Part shown: positions 27,824 through 35,908 of the stretch, in pieces
Position numbering within the stretch: the stretch's first letter is position 1
Layout of the letters: every line of letters starts with the position of its first letter
Assembly (NCBI GenBank): GCA_048883405.1
Contig: JBHLQS010000002.1
Location: forward strand, 1 to 62,607
DNA: 62,607 nt
From: Candidatus Thorarchaeota archaeon
Lineage (GTDB): Archaea > Asgardarchaeota > Thorarchaeia > Thorarchaeales > Thorarchaeaceae
Reading direction: 5' to 3'
The notes under the pieces: generated by a model
The model's input: only the letters and a program-made list of their open reading frames with translations
Told to the model about the DNA's origin: nothing
The model's database searches: none
Made by a program: the position numbers and the translations under genes

Positions 27824-27932
27824 GGGCCCGTTGCCTAGTCTGGTTTCAGTAAGCTTTTCGCTTCTGAAAGGCACATAGGGCGCTAGCCTTCTAAGTTAGA
27901 GGTCGACGGTTCAAATCCGCCCGGGCCCGCCA
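27824..27932 (+). tRNA. tRNA-Arg (UCU) with ~32-nt intron in the D-loop (about 27844-27875)
   Basis: Acceptor GGGCCCG/CGGGCCC, anticodon arm CTAGC-CTTCTAA-GTTAG, T loop TTCAAAT, GCCA end. D arm GCCT-AGTCTGG[TTTCAG…CTGAAAGGCACA]TA-GGGC gives 74 nt once the insert is removed. One A-C mismatch in the T stem. Confidence 0.75.
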
Positions 27933-29754
27933 TCTGATTCTCTTGCTTGAACTGAAGAGCGCGTGCTAACCATGGAGGAATCTCAGTTTCTATGATCGAT
28001 TCCAAGTGAGAGAGCCCCTCCAAGGACTCTTCCGTTCTTATTCTGGCAGCTCTTTTGGAGCCTATTCCAGGGAGAGCCTTCCACTGGCTTAAGGAAACAG
28101 TGTCAACCTTGAGGGGATAAGGAAGGACTGTGACTGATCTAGGTCCATGATCAACAGCAAACACGTCGACACATGCCCCAGGATTTGGTCCGCTAGGCAT
28201 GAAGCAGAGTAGTGGATATGTTCCAAGAGGCCTCAAAAGGTAGTTGTTGCCTTCCATCCGTTCCATGAAGACAGATTGAATTACGGTTCCAGATGGTGCG
28301 ACTCTCTTGATCATTTCCACATCGATCTCTTCGCGGACCTGTTTCTTGTGTTGAAAGAAATCGTGTTTCTTGACCTTACTTGTCCTCGTGCTTCCCATCC
28401 TCGTGCCAGAGAATCCAATGACTTGGCGAATATTGATTCGACGTACGATGAGATTCTCTTCCACCAGCCTCTGAAGGAACGCATAGTTGTACTCCAGAGT
28501 CTTTTTGCTCTCTCCCAGAAGACCGTACAGGAGATTGATTCCAGGAAGTAGATGCGGAAGACCCCATTCCGCCCTATGACCTCCCACATCATTTAGCAGT
28601 CTTACGGCTTCAATTACCTGCTCCTCGTCAGCCTTCAAATTGTTACGGCGAACCACCTCTGGATCTACTGATTCCACTCCAAATGCGGCAACATCCCCAG
28701 AAGTATGATGTCTAATGATAGACTTGGCCACCTCTATGCTCTCACGTGGATACCGCGCAATGGTGCCAGGATTCACATTGTCGATATGAAGGACCTGCAA
28801 TTCTGGGGCAGCTCTGCGAACCTTAGAGAAGAGCTCCTCGATAACTTCAGGGTTCGGTTTTGGAAACTCTTCTTCACCGATTTCTTTTGACCCAAATGTA
28901 AACAGGTCTGCCTGATTGCCAATCCTGAACGCACGTGCACCTTGATCGTATAGAGATTTGATCTCCCTGGCCACATCAGACGCAGTCCTTTGCATCGGTT
29001 TTCCATAGAGAGGCTCAGTACAGAAGGAGCAACCACCGGAGATGTAGCGAGGGCAGCCGCGGTACGTTTCAATCTCACAAATGATGTAACCTGCTGAATA
29101 TCCAGGATGTTGCGAGAGTACTCTGGCACCCCGTTTCGCAAACTCTTCCACTTCATCCAATGATTCTCTGGTGCTAGACAAATCGACTGAGGATAGGTCT
29201 CCATTTGCATCCATTATTCTAGATGATACTATCTCGGGGTCGCCCGTAGCAATATAGTCGAATGGAGGACTAAGAACATCCGAGCTCAGAGCCAGCCGTC
29301 CACCCTCAAGTCCACAGCCGAATCGTGCCCATGGACCCACCAATACCTTTGGGATGTCTTCTAGCTTAGCATCAGAAAAGATTCGTTTGGCTTCCTTCAC
29401 AGAGATAGGTGTTCCACCAAGATATTTGCCTGGGACAATCATACCTGCAATCAGGAGAATCAGGTCAGCTGTAGACCAAGCATCATAAGGATCTGCGTGC
29501 CTACGGACATCATCGATTGTCCGGTAGATTATTTCTGTCCTCGATGACTTGGTCCATATGGCGCCAGCAATATACCGGGGATAGGGACTGATGTATGGGG
29601 GAACTCCTAGGTTTGTGGGTTCGTCTACATAGCCATCAACAATGACAACTCTGTCCAGCTCACTCCCACTCCCTGAAGTTATCGTACCCTGCTGCTGAAA
29701 TCTCCAGAGGCCCCTCTGATGTTTCAAAGTATACCCCCTCTCCGGTTGTGGCAT
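27883..29754 (-). CDS. radical SAM protein (archaeal MJ1487-like class) with C-terminal helix-hairpin-helix
   Basis: YRGCPRYISGGCSFCTEP cluster region; N-terminal VVIVDGYVDEP flavodoxin-like part; LPGIGSKRAARI HhH. The last 47 nt are antisense to tRNA-Arg; the first 95 nt overlap thiL. Confidence 0.6.
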   Translation of the reverse strand: MPQPERGYTLKHQRGLWRFQQQGTITSGSGSELDRVVIVDGYVDEPTNLGVPPYISPYPRYIAGAIWTKSSRTEIIYRTIDDVRRHADPYDAWSTADLILLIAGMIVPGKYLGGTPISVKEAKRIFSDAKLEDIPKVLVGPWARFGCGLEGGRLALSSDVLSPPFDYIATGDPEIVSSRIMDANGDLSSVDLSSTRESLDEVEEFAKRGARVLSQHPGYSAGYIICEIETYRGCPRYISGGCSFCTEPLYGKPMQRTASDVAREIKSLYDQGARAFRIGNQADLFTFGSKEIGEEEFPKPNPEVIEELFSKVRRAAPELQVLHIDNVNPGTIARYPRESIEVAKSIIRHHTSGDVAAFGVESVDPEVVRRNNLKADEEQVIEAVRLLNDVGGHRAEWGLPHLLPGINLLYGLLGESKKTLEYNYAFLQRLVEENLIVRRINIRQVIGFSGTRMGSTRTSKVKKHDFFQHKKQVREEIDVEMIKRVAPSGTVIQSVFMERMEGNNYLLRPLGTYPLLCFMPSGPNPGACVDVFAVDHGPRSVTVLPYPLKVDTVSLSQWKALPGIGSKRAARIRTEESLEGLSHLESIIETEIPPWLARALQFKQENQMAGPGGFEPSTSNLEG

Positions 29755-30652
29755 AACCTATCCTCTTTAGAGGAACATGCAGTTTCTTGGCAATCTGCAC
29801 TGCTCCATTCCAACCAGACTGAGGTATCGCAAGCACGAGTAGGAATTCCTCTCCACCCTCCATCACCATCTTCAGTTCGGGAATAGAGTGAGCTTTTGAG
29901 AATTCGGCAATTCCTTCTGCAGTAGGTAGGTCATCGATAAGAAAGGACACACTGCCTTGGGCAGCCATTGTATTCAGTGTGATGCCAAGTCCGTCACTAC
30001 TGTCCATTGAAGCGGATACAAGGTCGTTCTTGGCGAGTGCAGAAACGAATCCGATGTGAATATCTGGTCTATAGGCGGCTCCGATTGCCCTGCTCCTTAG
30101 ATCATCAGCAGCCGTCTTTCTATTGAGCAGCACCTCAAACGCAACCGCCGTGAGACCGAAATCTCCAGTTACTGCTATTATGTCGCCCTCCTTGGCGCCG
30201 CTCCGTGTCACTATACCTTCAGGTGGCGCAACTCCAATTGCAACTCCGGTCAGCACTACATCATTTGAGGACCCGACATCGCCTCCAATGAAAGGCACAT
30301 CCTTCTTCACACAGAATTGGGAGAACCCACGGACAAGTTCTTGGGCTGCAAGGGCATCGAATTCTCTTGGAACGCACAATGAAAGGAGCGTCGCTAAGGG
30401 AGCCGCTCCTTTTGCGACAATATCACTCAGAGCCATGACAGCTGTCTTTCTTCCAGCTTGAGCCTCGGTCATTCCAGGCAGCCAGTCAGTTTCGCGAACA
30501 AACGTATCAACATTCACCACGATGTTCTTGTCCTTGGAGATTGGAATGTCAGAAGCGTCTTCATCATACCCAAGCCGAGCCTCAGCAATCTCATCAACAA
30601 GCTCTCTAATCCGCTTGAGGAACTCGCGCTCTCCAATCTCTTTGGTGCTCAT
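29660..30652 (-). CDS. thiL: thiamine-monophosphate kinase
   Basis: GEREFLKRI…DASDI…VVNVDTFV…GRKTAVMALSDIVAKGA (AIR-synthase-related fold, ThiL blocks). Confidence 0.8.
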   Translation of the reverse strand: MSTKEIGEREFLKRIRELVDEIAEARLGYDEDASDIPISKDKNIVVNVDTFVRETDWLPGMTEAQAGRKTAVMALSDIVAKGAAPLATLLSLCVPREFDALAAQELVRGFSQFCVKKDVPFIGGDVGSSNDVVLTGVAIGVAPPEGIVTRSGAKEGDIIAVTGDFGLTAVAFEVLLNRKTAADDLRSRAIGAAYRPDIHIGFVSALAKNDLVSASMDSSDGLGITLNTMAAQGSVSFLIDDLPTAEGIAEFSKAHSIPELKMVMEGGEEFLLVLAIPQSGWNGAVQIAKKLHVPLKRIGYATTGEGVYFETSEGPLEISAAGYDNFREWE

Positions 30653-30693
30653 TGACTATCCTCCTACTGGACTCATTTGTGTTCATGATAAAC

Positions 30694-30701
30694 TTTTATA
30701 A
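30694..30701 (+). promoter_or_regulatory. TATA box for tRNA-Thr
   Basis: TTTTATAA 28-35 nt upstream of the tRNA 5' end. Confidence 0.5.
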
Positions 30702-30728
30702 CGAATCTAATGGGATGCGCGTCAGTCA

Positions 30729-30805
30729 GCCTCGGTGGCCAAGTGGTTTAAGGCGACTGCTTCGTAAGCAGTAGATCGGGGGTTCAAATCCCCCCCGGGG
30801 CTCCA
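30729..30805 (+). tRNA. tRNA-Thr (CGU), CCA encoded
   Basis: Acceptor GCCTCGG/CCGGGGC, anticodon arm ACTGC-TTCGTAA-GCAGT, T arm GGGGG-TTCAAAT-CCCCC, then TCCA. Confidence 0.85.
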
Positions 30806-30855
30806 TTTCTCTTCACCTTAAGGGTTATAGTGCACTAGCTAATCATCTATACCAT

Positions 30856-31200
30856 GTGAAAATTATGACGAAAGTTGCCTATCCAGATATAATCAAGAAA
30901 CTCCCGAAAGTGAAGCACTCGATGGAGGGCGTGGAGGGATGGCTTGCTCAGGGGAAGGACTTCCAAATAGCGTTCTTCAAGATTCAACCCATGGCCAAAA
31001 TCCCGCCACACAGCCACGGAGCTCAGTTCGGAATGGTGATAGAGGGCGAAATGGTTCTCACAATTGGTGATGACACACAGGCCTATCGTAAAGGCGACAC
31101 CTATAATATTCCCGAAGGTGTCACTCACCATGCGGATTGTAAGTCCGTCGTTCTCGCAATGGACTTCTTTGATCAGGCTGACAGATACGAAGCTGAATAG
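30856..31200 (+). CDS. cupin domain protein
   Basis: PPHSHGAQFGMVIEGEM… GDTYNIPEGVTHHA (two cupin His motifs). Confidence 0.65.
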   Translation: MKIMTKVAYPDIIKKLPKVKHSMEGVEGWLAQGKDFQIAFFKIQPMAKIPPHSHGAQFGMVIEGEMVLTIGDDTQAYRKGDTYNIPEGVTHHADCKSVVLAMDFFDQADRYEAE

Positions 31201-31205
31201 AGTGC

Positions 31206-31460
31206 CTATTCACTCCAACCCATATTCGAGAACTCGATTGCATGTATGACCTTTTGACTAAACTCGTTAGAGTCACACTCAAAGGTGTACATCACAAATC
31301 CATCATAGGCAAAGAAGTGCATCCTTCGTACATGATAGATGATTCTTGGCTGTGCAATTTGCACTAGCTCAAGAAACTCTTTGCGTTTAAACTTCACACG
31401 GTATGAGCTTGTATTTTCTACAGCCGCTGCAGCTGCTGCGGTTCCACCTGCAAATGCCAT
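31206..31460 (-). CDS. hypothetical protein
   Basis: 84-aa ORF with an Ala-rich N-terminus. No motif recognised. Confidence 0.3.
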   Translation of the reverse strand: MAFAGGTAAAAAAVENTSSYRVKFKRKEFLELVQIAQPRIIYHVRRMHFFAYDGFVMYTFECDSNEFSQKVIHAIEFSNMGWSE

Positions 31461-31573
31461 CTTATTTCACCTAATGGTGTTCTGAGTTTCCTGATATCTA
31501 AACTTGGCTCTTGAAGCAGCTTATTGCTGTGAATTACACAGCGCTTATCTGATGGGGACTGTTCTGTCAAGGT

Positions 31574-32341
31574 ATGGCTCATCCAGGAGTAATGCGCGAT
31601 TCTGAGGGACGAGTCCCTCATGTATACCTGAAAGAAGGTGATGTTGCGGAATATGTCTTGTTGCCTGGCCCTCCAGAAAGAGCAAGAGTGACAGCCTCAA
31701 TGTTTGACAGTTCCACAGAATTGGGATTCCACAGGGAATACCTCAGCTTCACGGGAGAGTATCAGGGCATTGAGGTTTCAGTTGTGTCCACGGGAATGGG
31801 AGTGTTCTCAGCAGTTGTAGCAGTTGAAGAACTCGCCGCGATTGGCGCTAGTACTTTCATTAGAATTGGATCATGTGCCACGTATCAAGAGAAGATTCAA
31901 CTTGGGGACAACATCATAGCTACTGGGTGCATCAGGGACGAGGGGTGTACACTAGAATATGCGCCATTAGCGTTCCCAGCAATACCTGACCTAGCCGTGA
32001 TGACAGCGCTCATAGATTCAGCTAAAGAGGTCGGGGCCACTTATCATACGGGAGTTGTGCGAACTTGTGAGAACTTTTACTTACGCGACCGATCACCAGC
32101 TCTCAATGCGCAATATGCGAAACTGGGTGCCATCGCTCTTGATATGGAACTCTCTGCCATATTGATGGCTTCGATTGATTTGGGAAAAAGATCTGGTGGC
32201 ATTCTCACTGTAGGATCCAACATGGTCACGACTGAGAACCGGTATAAAGGGGACCGAATCGCTGAGTTTGACGCGGGCGAGAAGAATATGATAAGAATCG
32301 CCCTAGAAACGGTAAGAAAATTGCACTCTCAAGACCAATGA
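31574..32341 (+). CDS. nucleoside phosphorylase (PNP_UDP_1 family; uridine/purine phosphorylase)
   Basis: VLLPGPPERA…VVSTGMGVFSAVVAVEEL…FIRIGSCA…LDMELSAI. Confidence 0.75.
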   Translation: MAHPGVMRDSEGRVPHVYLKEGDVAEYVLLPGPPERARVTASMFDSSTELGFHREYLSFTGEYQGIEVSVVSTGMGVFSAVVAVEELAAIGASTFIRIGSCATYQEKIQLGDNIIATGCIRDEGCTLEYAPLAFPAIPDLAVMTALIDSAKEVGATYHTGVVRTCENFYLRDRSPALNAQYAKLGAIALDMELSAILMASIDLGKRSGGILTVGSNMVTTENRYKGDRIAEFDAGEKNMIRIALETVRKLHSQDQ

Positions 32342-32676
32342 TTCACCTCCGGGCTTGTGCAGCTGCCCACATCTTTATTCGTATTCAGAAGAACTCAGGC
32401 AGACCAAAGAGGTGAAAATCGAAATGAAACATATCAAAAGACGAAAGGCCAAGAAAAAACACTGGCAGTCACTCCCCCCATTCGAGTGGTATGCAGCGGC
32501 AGGACGATGAGCACTCATTGGCTCATTAATCTAGTTTCCCGAGGTCTCAATGAATTGATACAGTCTAACTGACCTCGGTCTACACTTCTTCTCAAAATTT
32601 GGCATCCTTGTTGCGGGTTTCTCCGACATCTTTAAGTGATTTGAAAATGCATCACCAAATCGCGAACACAAGTGAT

Positions 32677-32796
32677 GCGGAGGTTGCCAAGCCTGGCCAA
32701 AGGCGCTAGGTTGAGGGCCTAGTTCAGTAGTGATTCGCGAGACTCCGGGTAATTCGTAGACCCGGGGCGCGCATTCAAATCTCGCCCTCCGCACCA
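32677..32796 (+). tRNA. tRNA-Leu (GAG) with ~32-nt intron between T-stem and T-loop (about 32742-32773)
   Basis: Acceptor GCGGAGG/CCTCCGC, D arm GCC-AAGCCTGGCCAAA-GGC, anticodon arm CTAGG-TTGAGGG-CCTAG, long variable arm. T stem GCGAG…CTCGC is interrupted by ACTCCGGGTAATTCGTAGACCCGGGGCGCGCA. 85 nt after removal. Confidence 0.75.
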
Positions 32797-32810
32797 TCTT
32801 CTTTTGACCT

Positions 32811-34640
32811 CTAGAGATGCTTCTTCATAAAATCAATAGCTAGTGAGTATTGTTCTCTGAGTTTCTCCTGTGTCTGCTGTCCATGACCTGCTTCCTCATC
32901 TACGAATATCTCTATCTCTTTCTCAAGCTCAACCGCATTTTCATAGAATTTGTATATCGGTTCTATAGGACAACGTGCATCGTTCTCCCTATGTATGATC
33001 AATAAGGGATTGCTGAGTTGTTCAACGAAGTTAATTGGAGACCTGTCATAATACAGGTCGGGATTTGCGTCTGGTGGTCCTCCAAAGAACCGTTCAATGA
33101 AGCTTTGCCCCATGCGGGTTGAGAGCTTATGTTCTTCAGCCCAATCAGTGGATCCAACAATAGCCACCCCAGCATCAAAAATCCCCGGGTGCTTTGTTAG
33201 GACTAGGAATGTTAGAAATCCCCCATAACTTGCCCCTGCGACAAAAACCTTCTCAGTGTCAGGATACACCTTTGAGAGATGATCTCTAGCAGCCAAAACA
33301 TCTCTCAGGTCTCCACCACCGAGATCTCCAATGTCAAGCATCATGAATACATCCCCATATCCTGTGCTTCCTCTGAAGTTTGGACAAAAAACTCTGAAGC
33401 CTGCAGTTGAGTATGCTTGAATCACACTCCCCATAGTTCCCCAATTATCAGCTATCTCCCACCATGGTCCACCATGAAGGAAGAGAATGATGGGATTTCC
33501 TGTCAGTTCTGGAGAATCAGGACTCGGAGGAATATCAAATGCAGGTATCATCCATTCATCAAAAGTCTGGTGCTGCTTGAATTCTCCAGGCGATAAGGTC
33601 ATCTTGAAGGAGCTGGGTCTAGATGAGAGCAGTGTTTCGTAGGTACCCACATCAATCTGATATCTAACAATTTCAGCAGGACTAGCAAGGCTTGACCATG
33701 CGATATACAAGATATCGGGCTTGTTCCTATCAATGTGTAGCGAAGAGCCTACCGAATAGTATGTACCACCTAGACAACAGTTTGGAATTGGTACTTCGAT
33801 AGGATCTTCCGAGTCCAAGATATTCTCGATATAGACCTTCGACCGACCATTCTTCTTGATGCTGTAAATGACTTTGTCGTCAGGGAACCATTTTGCCAAT
33901 TCATAATTGATTCCAAGACCAAGCTTGGTTGCACTGGAATAGACGATTTCAGAGGTTTTCCGATCCCATATCAGTAATGTTTGGTCACCTAGTGCATTTG
34001 TACTCATCAATAGCTTGGTGCCGTCATTATTCCAGTAGAAGTCAACATCCATACTAGTATCCGAGATGGATATGGTTTCAACGATCTTGTCAGTTGTGTA
34101 ATCAATTATCTTTACATCTGACGCCCCTGGATGCCTAGTACTCCACTCGAAATATGTGACCAGAGTTGCATGCGGATTGATAGAACCCATCCCAGCACTT
34201 ACTGTTGTTTCGTATATAGAACTCATCTCTTTGTCTGGCAATGAATACTTCCACAGCCCTAATGATGATGGTGTAGAGCCACTGAACAAGATGTGTGATG
34301 CATCTGGTGTCCATTCTACATTGAAGACCATTGTTGAGTCCAGTTGACATAATAGTGAAGTTTCATACGTTTTCAAATCAGTTAGAAAGAGATTGTGCTT
34401 TTCATCACCATCCTTGTCTTTAGGATAAACGAACCTGCTGTCGTCATGTGACAGACAACCATTCATCACGCGGTCATTGCCTAGCGTCAGTTTCTTCCAG
34501 TCATTCAAGTTGGATAACGGAGCCTGATAGACGTGGGTCACATCCTCCTTATTGCTGAATAGCAGAATCGATTTACTGTCATGGGAAAGGGTGAGTAGTC
34601 CTAAATCGGGGATATCAAATACATCCACCACTTCAAACAA
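32811..34640 (-). CDS. S9-family serine peptidase (prolyl oligopeptidase / acylaminoacyl peptidase type) with N-terminal beta-propeller
   Basis: GASYGGF nucleophile elbow, ENDARCP and EAGHG (Ser-Asp-His triad region). Roughly 380 aa of propeller-like repeats upstream. Confidence 0.8.
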   Translation of the reverse strand: MFEVVDVFDIPDLGLLTLSHDSKSILLFSNKEDVTHVYQAPLSNLNDWKKLTLGNDRVMNGCLSHDDSRFVYPKDKDGDEKHNLFLTDLKTYETSLLCQLDSTMVFNVEWTPDASHILFSGSTPSSLGLWKYSLPDKEMSSIYETTVSAGMGSINPHATLVTYFEWSTRHPGASDVKIIDYTTDKIVETISISDTSMDVDFYWNNDGTKLLMSTNALGDQTLLIWDRKTSEIVYSSATKLGLGINYELAKWFPDDKVIYSIKKNGRSKVYIENILDSEDPIEVPIPNCCLGGTYYSVGSSLHIDRNKPDILYIAWSSLASPAEIVRYQIDVGTYETLLSSRPSSFKMTLSPGEFKQHQTFDEWMIPAFDIPPSPDSPELTGNPIILFLHGGPWWEIADNWGTMGSVIQAYSTAGFRVFCPNFRGSTGYGDVFMMLDIGDLGGGDLRDVLAARDHLSKVYPDTEKVFVAGASYGGFLTFLVLTKHPGIFDAGVAIVGSTDWAEEHKLSTRMGQSFIERFFGGPPDANPDLYYDRSPINFVEQLSNPLLIIHRENDARCPIEPIYKFYENAVELEKEIEIFVDEEAGHGQQTQEKLREQYSLAIDFMKKHL

Positions 34641-34683
34641 GTCTCCGAAATAGCATTATGCACATACCTTGCTAAAAAATTCG

Positions 34684-34706
34684 TTCAAATCTCGCCCTCC
34701 GCACCA
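34684..34706 (+). repeat. exact 23-nt copy of the tRNA-Leu 3' exon
   Basis: TTCAAATCTCGCCCTCCGCACCA is identical to 32774-32796. Confidence 0.85.
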
Positions 34707-34785
34707 CTTTTCCTGTTCTCTTTGAGGATTAGCTATCTTCTTATTATCGGAATCAAACCGGACAGTGTTTGACGGGTGACTTCAG

Positions 34786-35289
34786 TTGAAAGAAGCAAAT
34801 CACAAATTCAATGACAAACTTGTAATGACATATGCTCAATACTTCAAAGCAATGACTAGCCGTGTAGTGAGTATAATCAGGGCATTTGAAGCCGCCTTTG
34901 GAGGGGAGGAAGTCCATAGAGCCCTCAAGGAATGGTCAGAAAACGCAGCGCGTGAAATGGCTCCGGACTCAATAACTGATTTTCAGAAGTTCAAAGATTA
35001 TTGGAAGACTACATTAGAGTCTGATAATTGGTCAAAGATTCTGACCTGTGAGTTTCTTGAAGAGTCCAACAAGAAGTTGGCGTGCAAGTACTCTGAATGC
35101 CTATGGGCGGAAACAATGAAGGATATGAATACTGAAGATATTGGTTACATTCTATTTTGCCACCCAGATTTTGAAATGGCAAAAGCAATACATCCGAATC
35201 TAAGATTGGAGCGGTCTCGTACGCTTATGGAAGGACATGAATTTTGCGATCATACATTCCATTGGGATAAGAAACCAACACCTGATTAG
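34786..35289 (+). CDS. L-2-amino-thiazoline-4-carboxylate hydrolase-like protein
   Basis: C-terminal CHPDFEMAKAIHPNLRLERSRTLMEGHEFCDHTFHW resembles the ATC_hydrolase family block. Tentative. Confidence 0.4.
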   Translation: MKEANHKFNDKLVMTYAQYFKAMTSRVVSIIRAFEAAFGGEEVHRALKEWSENAAREMAPDSITDFQKFKDYWKTTLESDNWSKILTCEFLEESNKKLACKYSECLWAETMKDMNTEDIGYILFCHPDFEMAKAIHPNLRLERSRTLMEGHEFCDHTFHWDKKPTPD

Positions 35290-35308
35290 TGGCTGTGTGC
35301 TTCTATTA

Positions 35309-35326
35309 CGGCCTCCGCACCATCTT
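35309..35326 (+). repeat. third, partial copy of the tRNA-Leu 3' end plus flank
   Basis: CCTCCGCACCATCTT (35312-35326) is identical to 32786-32800, i.e. the acceptor 3' strand, CCA and 4 nt of flank. Confidence 0.7.
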
Positions 35327-35492
35327 TCTTTCTCACCGAGGAATACAGCTTCTATCTGGATTCTAAAGGGCAGCAGAGCGAGAAAAAATGTATGGAGGCC
35401 ATTGAAAGGCTAAGTGACAAGTCGGTCTTTATCAGGATTCTAGGCTCGTATCCTAAGAACACTACCCAAGTTAATGCTTCAAAAGGTGGTTA

Positions 35493-35715
35493 GCTGCAAT
35501 CTCTGATTTCGGACCCACCCTGTACGGGGAGGCAAACCGCATTTTCAGGGTGGGTCCTTTGAGGGAGTTGTCGTCAGGAGCGTGATAGGGGGTTCCGGAG
35601 ACAGAGGAACTCTCGCGCGCTTGGCGGGTCCGGATTGTCAAGGTGGGGAGCAAGAGAGGGCATAGGGACTCGGACTTTTTGAGAGGCCCAAAGGAACCCC
35701 CAGAGAGTCTTGCAC
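35493..35715 (+). ncRNA. unidentified structured RNA candidate (strand uncertain)
   Basis: G-rich intergenic block. Perfect 12-bp hairpin 35511-35522/35546-35557; 9-bp GGGGGTTCC/GGAACCCCC 35588-35596/35693-35701; end-closing helix 35496-35505/35701-35713. Only a spurious-looking 60-aa antisense ORF lies inside. Confidence 0.35.
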
Positions 35716-35908
35716 ACTACTTACAATCATGAACCCTATTGGAGAGATATAAGGCTGTAATGTGACTTTGTGACATTCAAGGACATAGTTATTGCAAAAA
35801 ATCCTTCAGAATAGAGTGGCTTTGCACGAGTGGTACATTCCACAGAGAAGAGGAATCTATAAAGGAGAGCCAGTTTGTGATGAAACCAAACAACAGGAGT
35901 GGCCAGCC

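Noticed and set aside
32420-32506. 28-codon basic mini-ORF (MKHIKRRKAKKKHWQSLPPFEWYAAAGR)
   Set aside because: It has no recognisable family and no SD-like motif. It cannot be distinguished from chance.
32500-32575. Possible C/D-box sRNA (GATGAG … AATGAATTGA … CTGA)
   Set aside because: The C and C' boxes deviate from RUGAUGA at several positions. The spacing is longer than typical and there is no terminal stem.
32531-32797. 88-aa ORF on the minus strand
   Set aside because: Its 5' part is simply the complement of tRNA-Leu.
35471-35653. 60-aa minus-strand ORF inside the structured element
   Set aside because: It coincides with the long stems. It has no start context and is more plausibly non-coding.
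35480-35725. Calling the structured element SRP RNA or RNase P RNA
   Set aside because: Only partial string resemblances were found. The helix-8 GNAR-capped motif and the RNase P P4 3' strand (…ACAGAA…CCGGCUUA-like) could not be located, so no identity is asserted.
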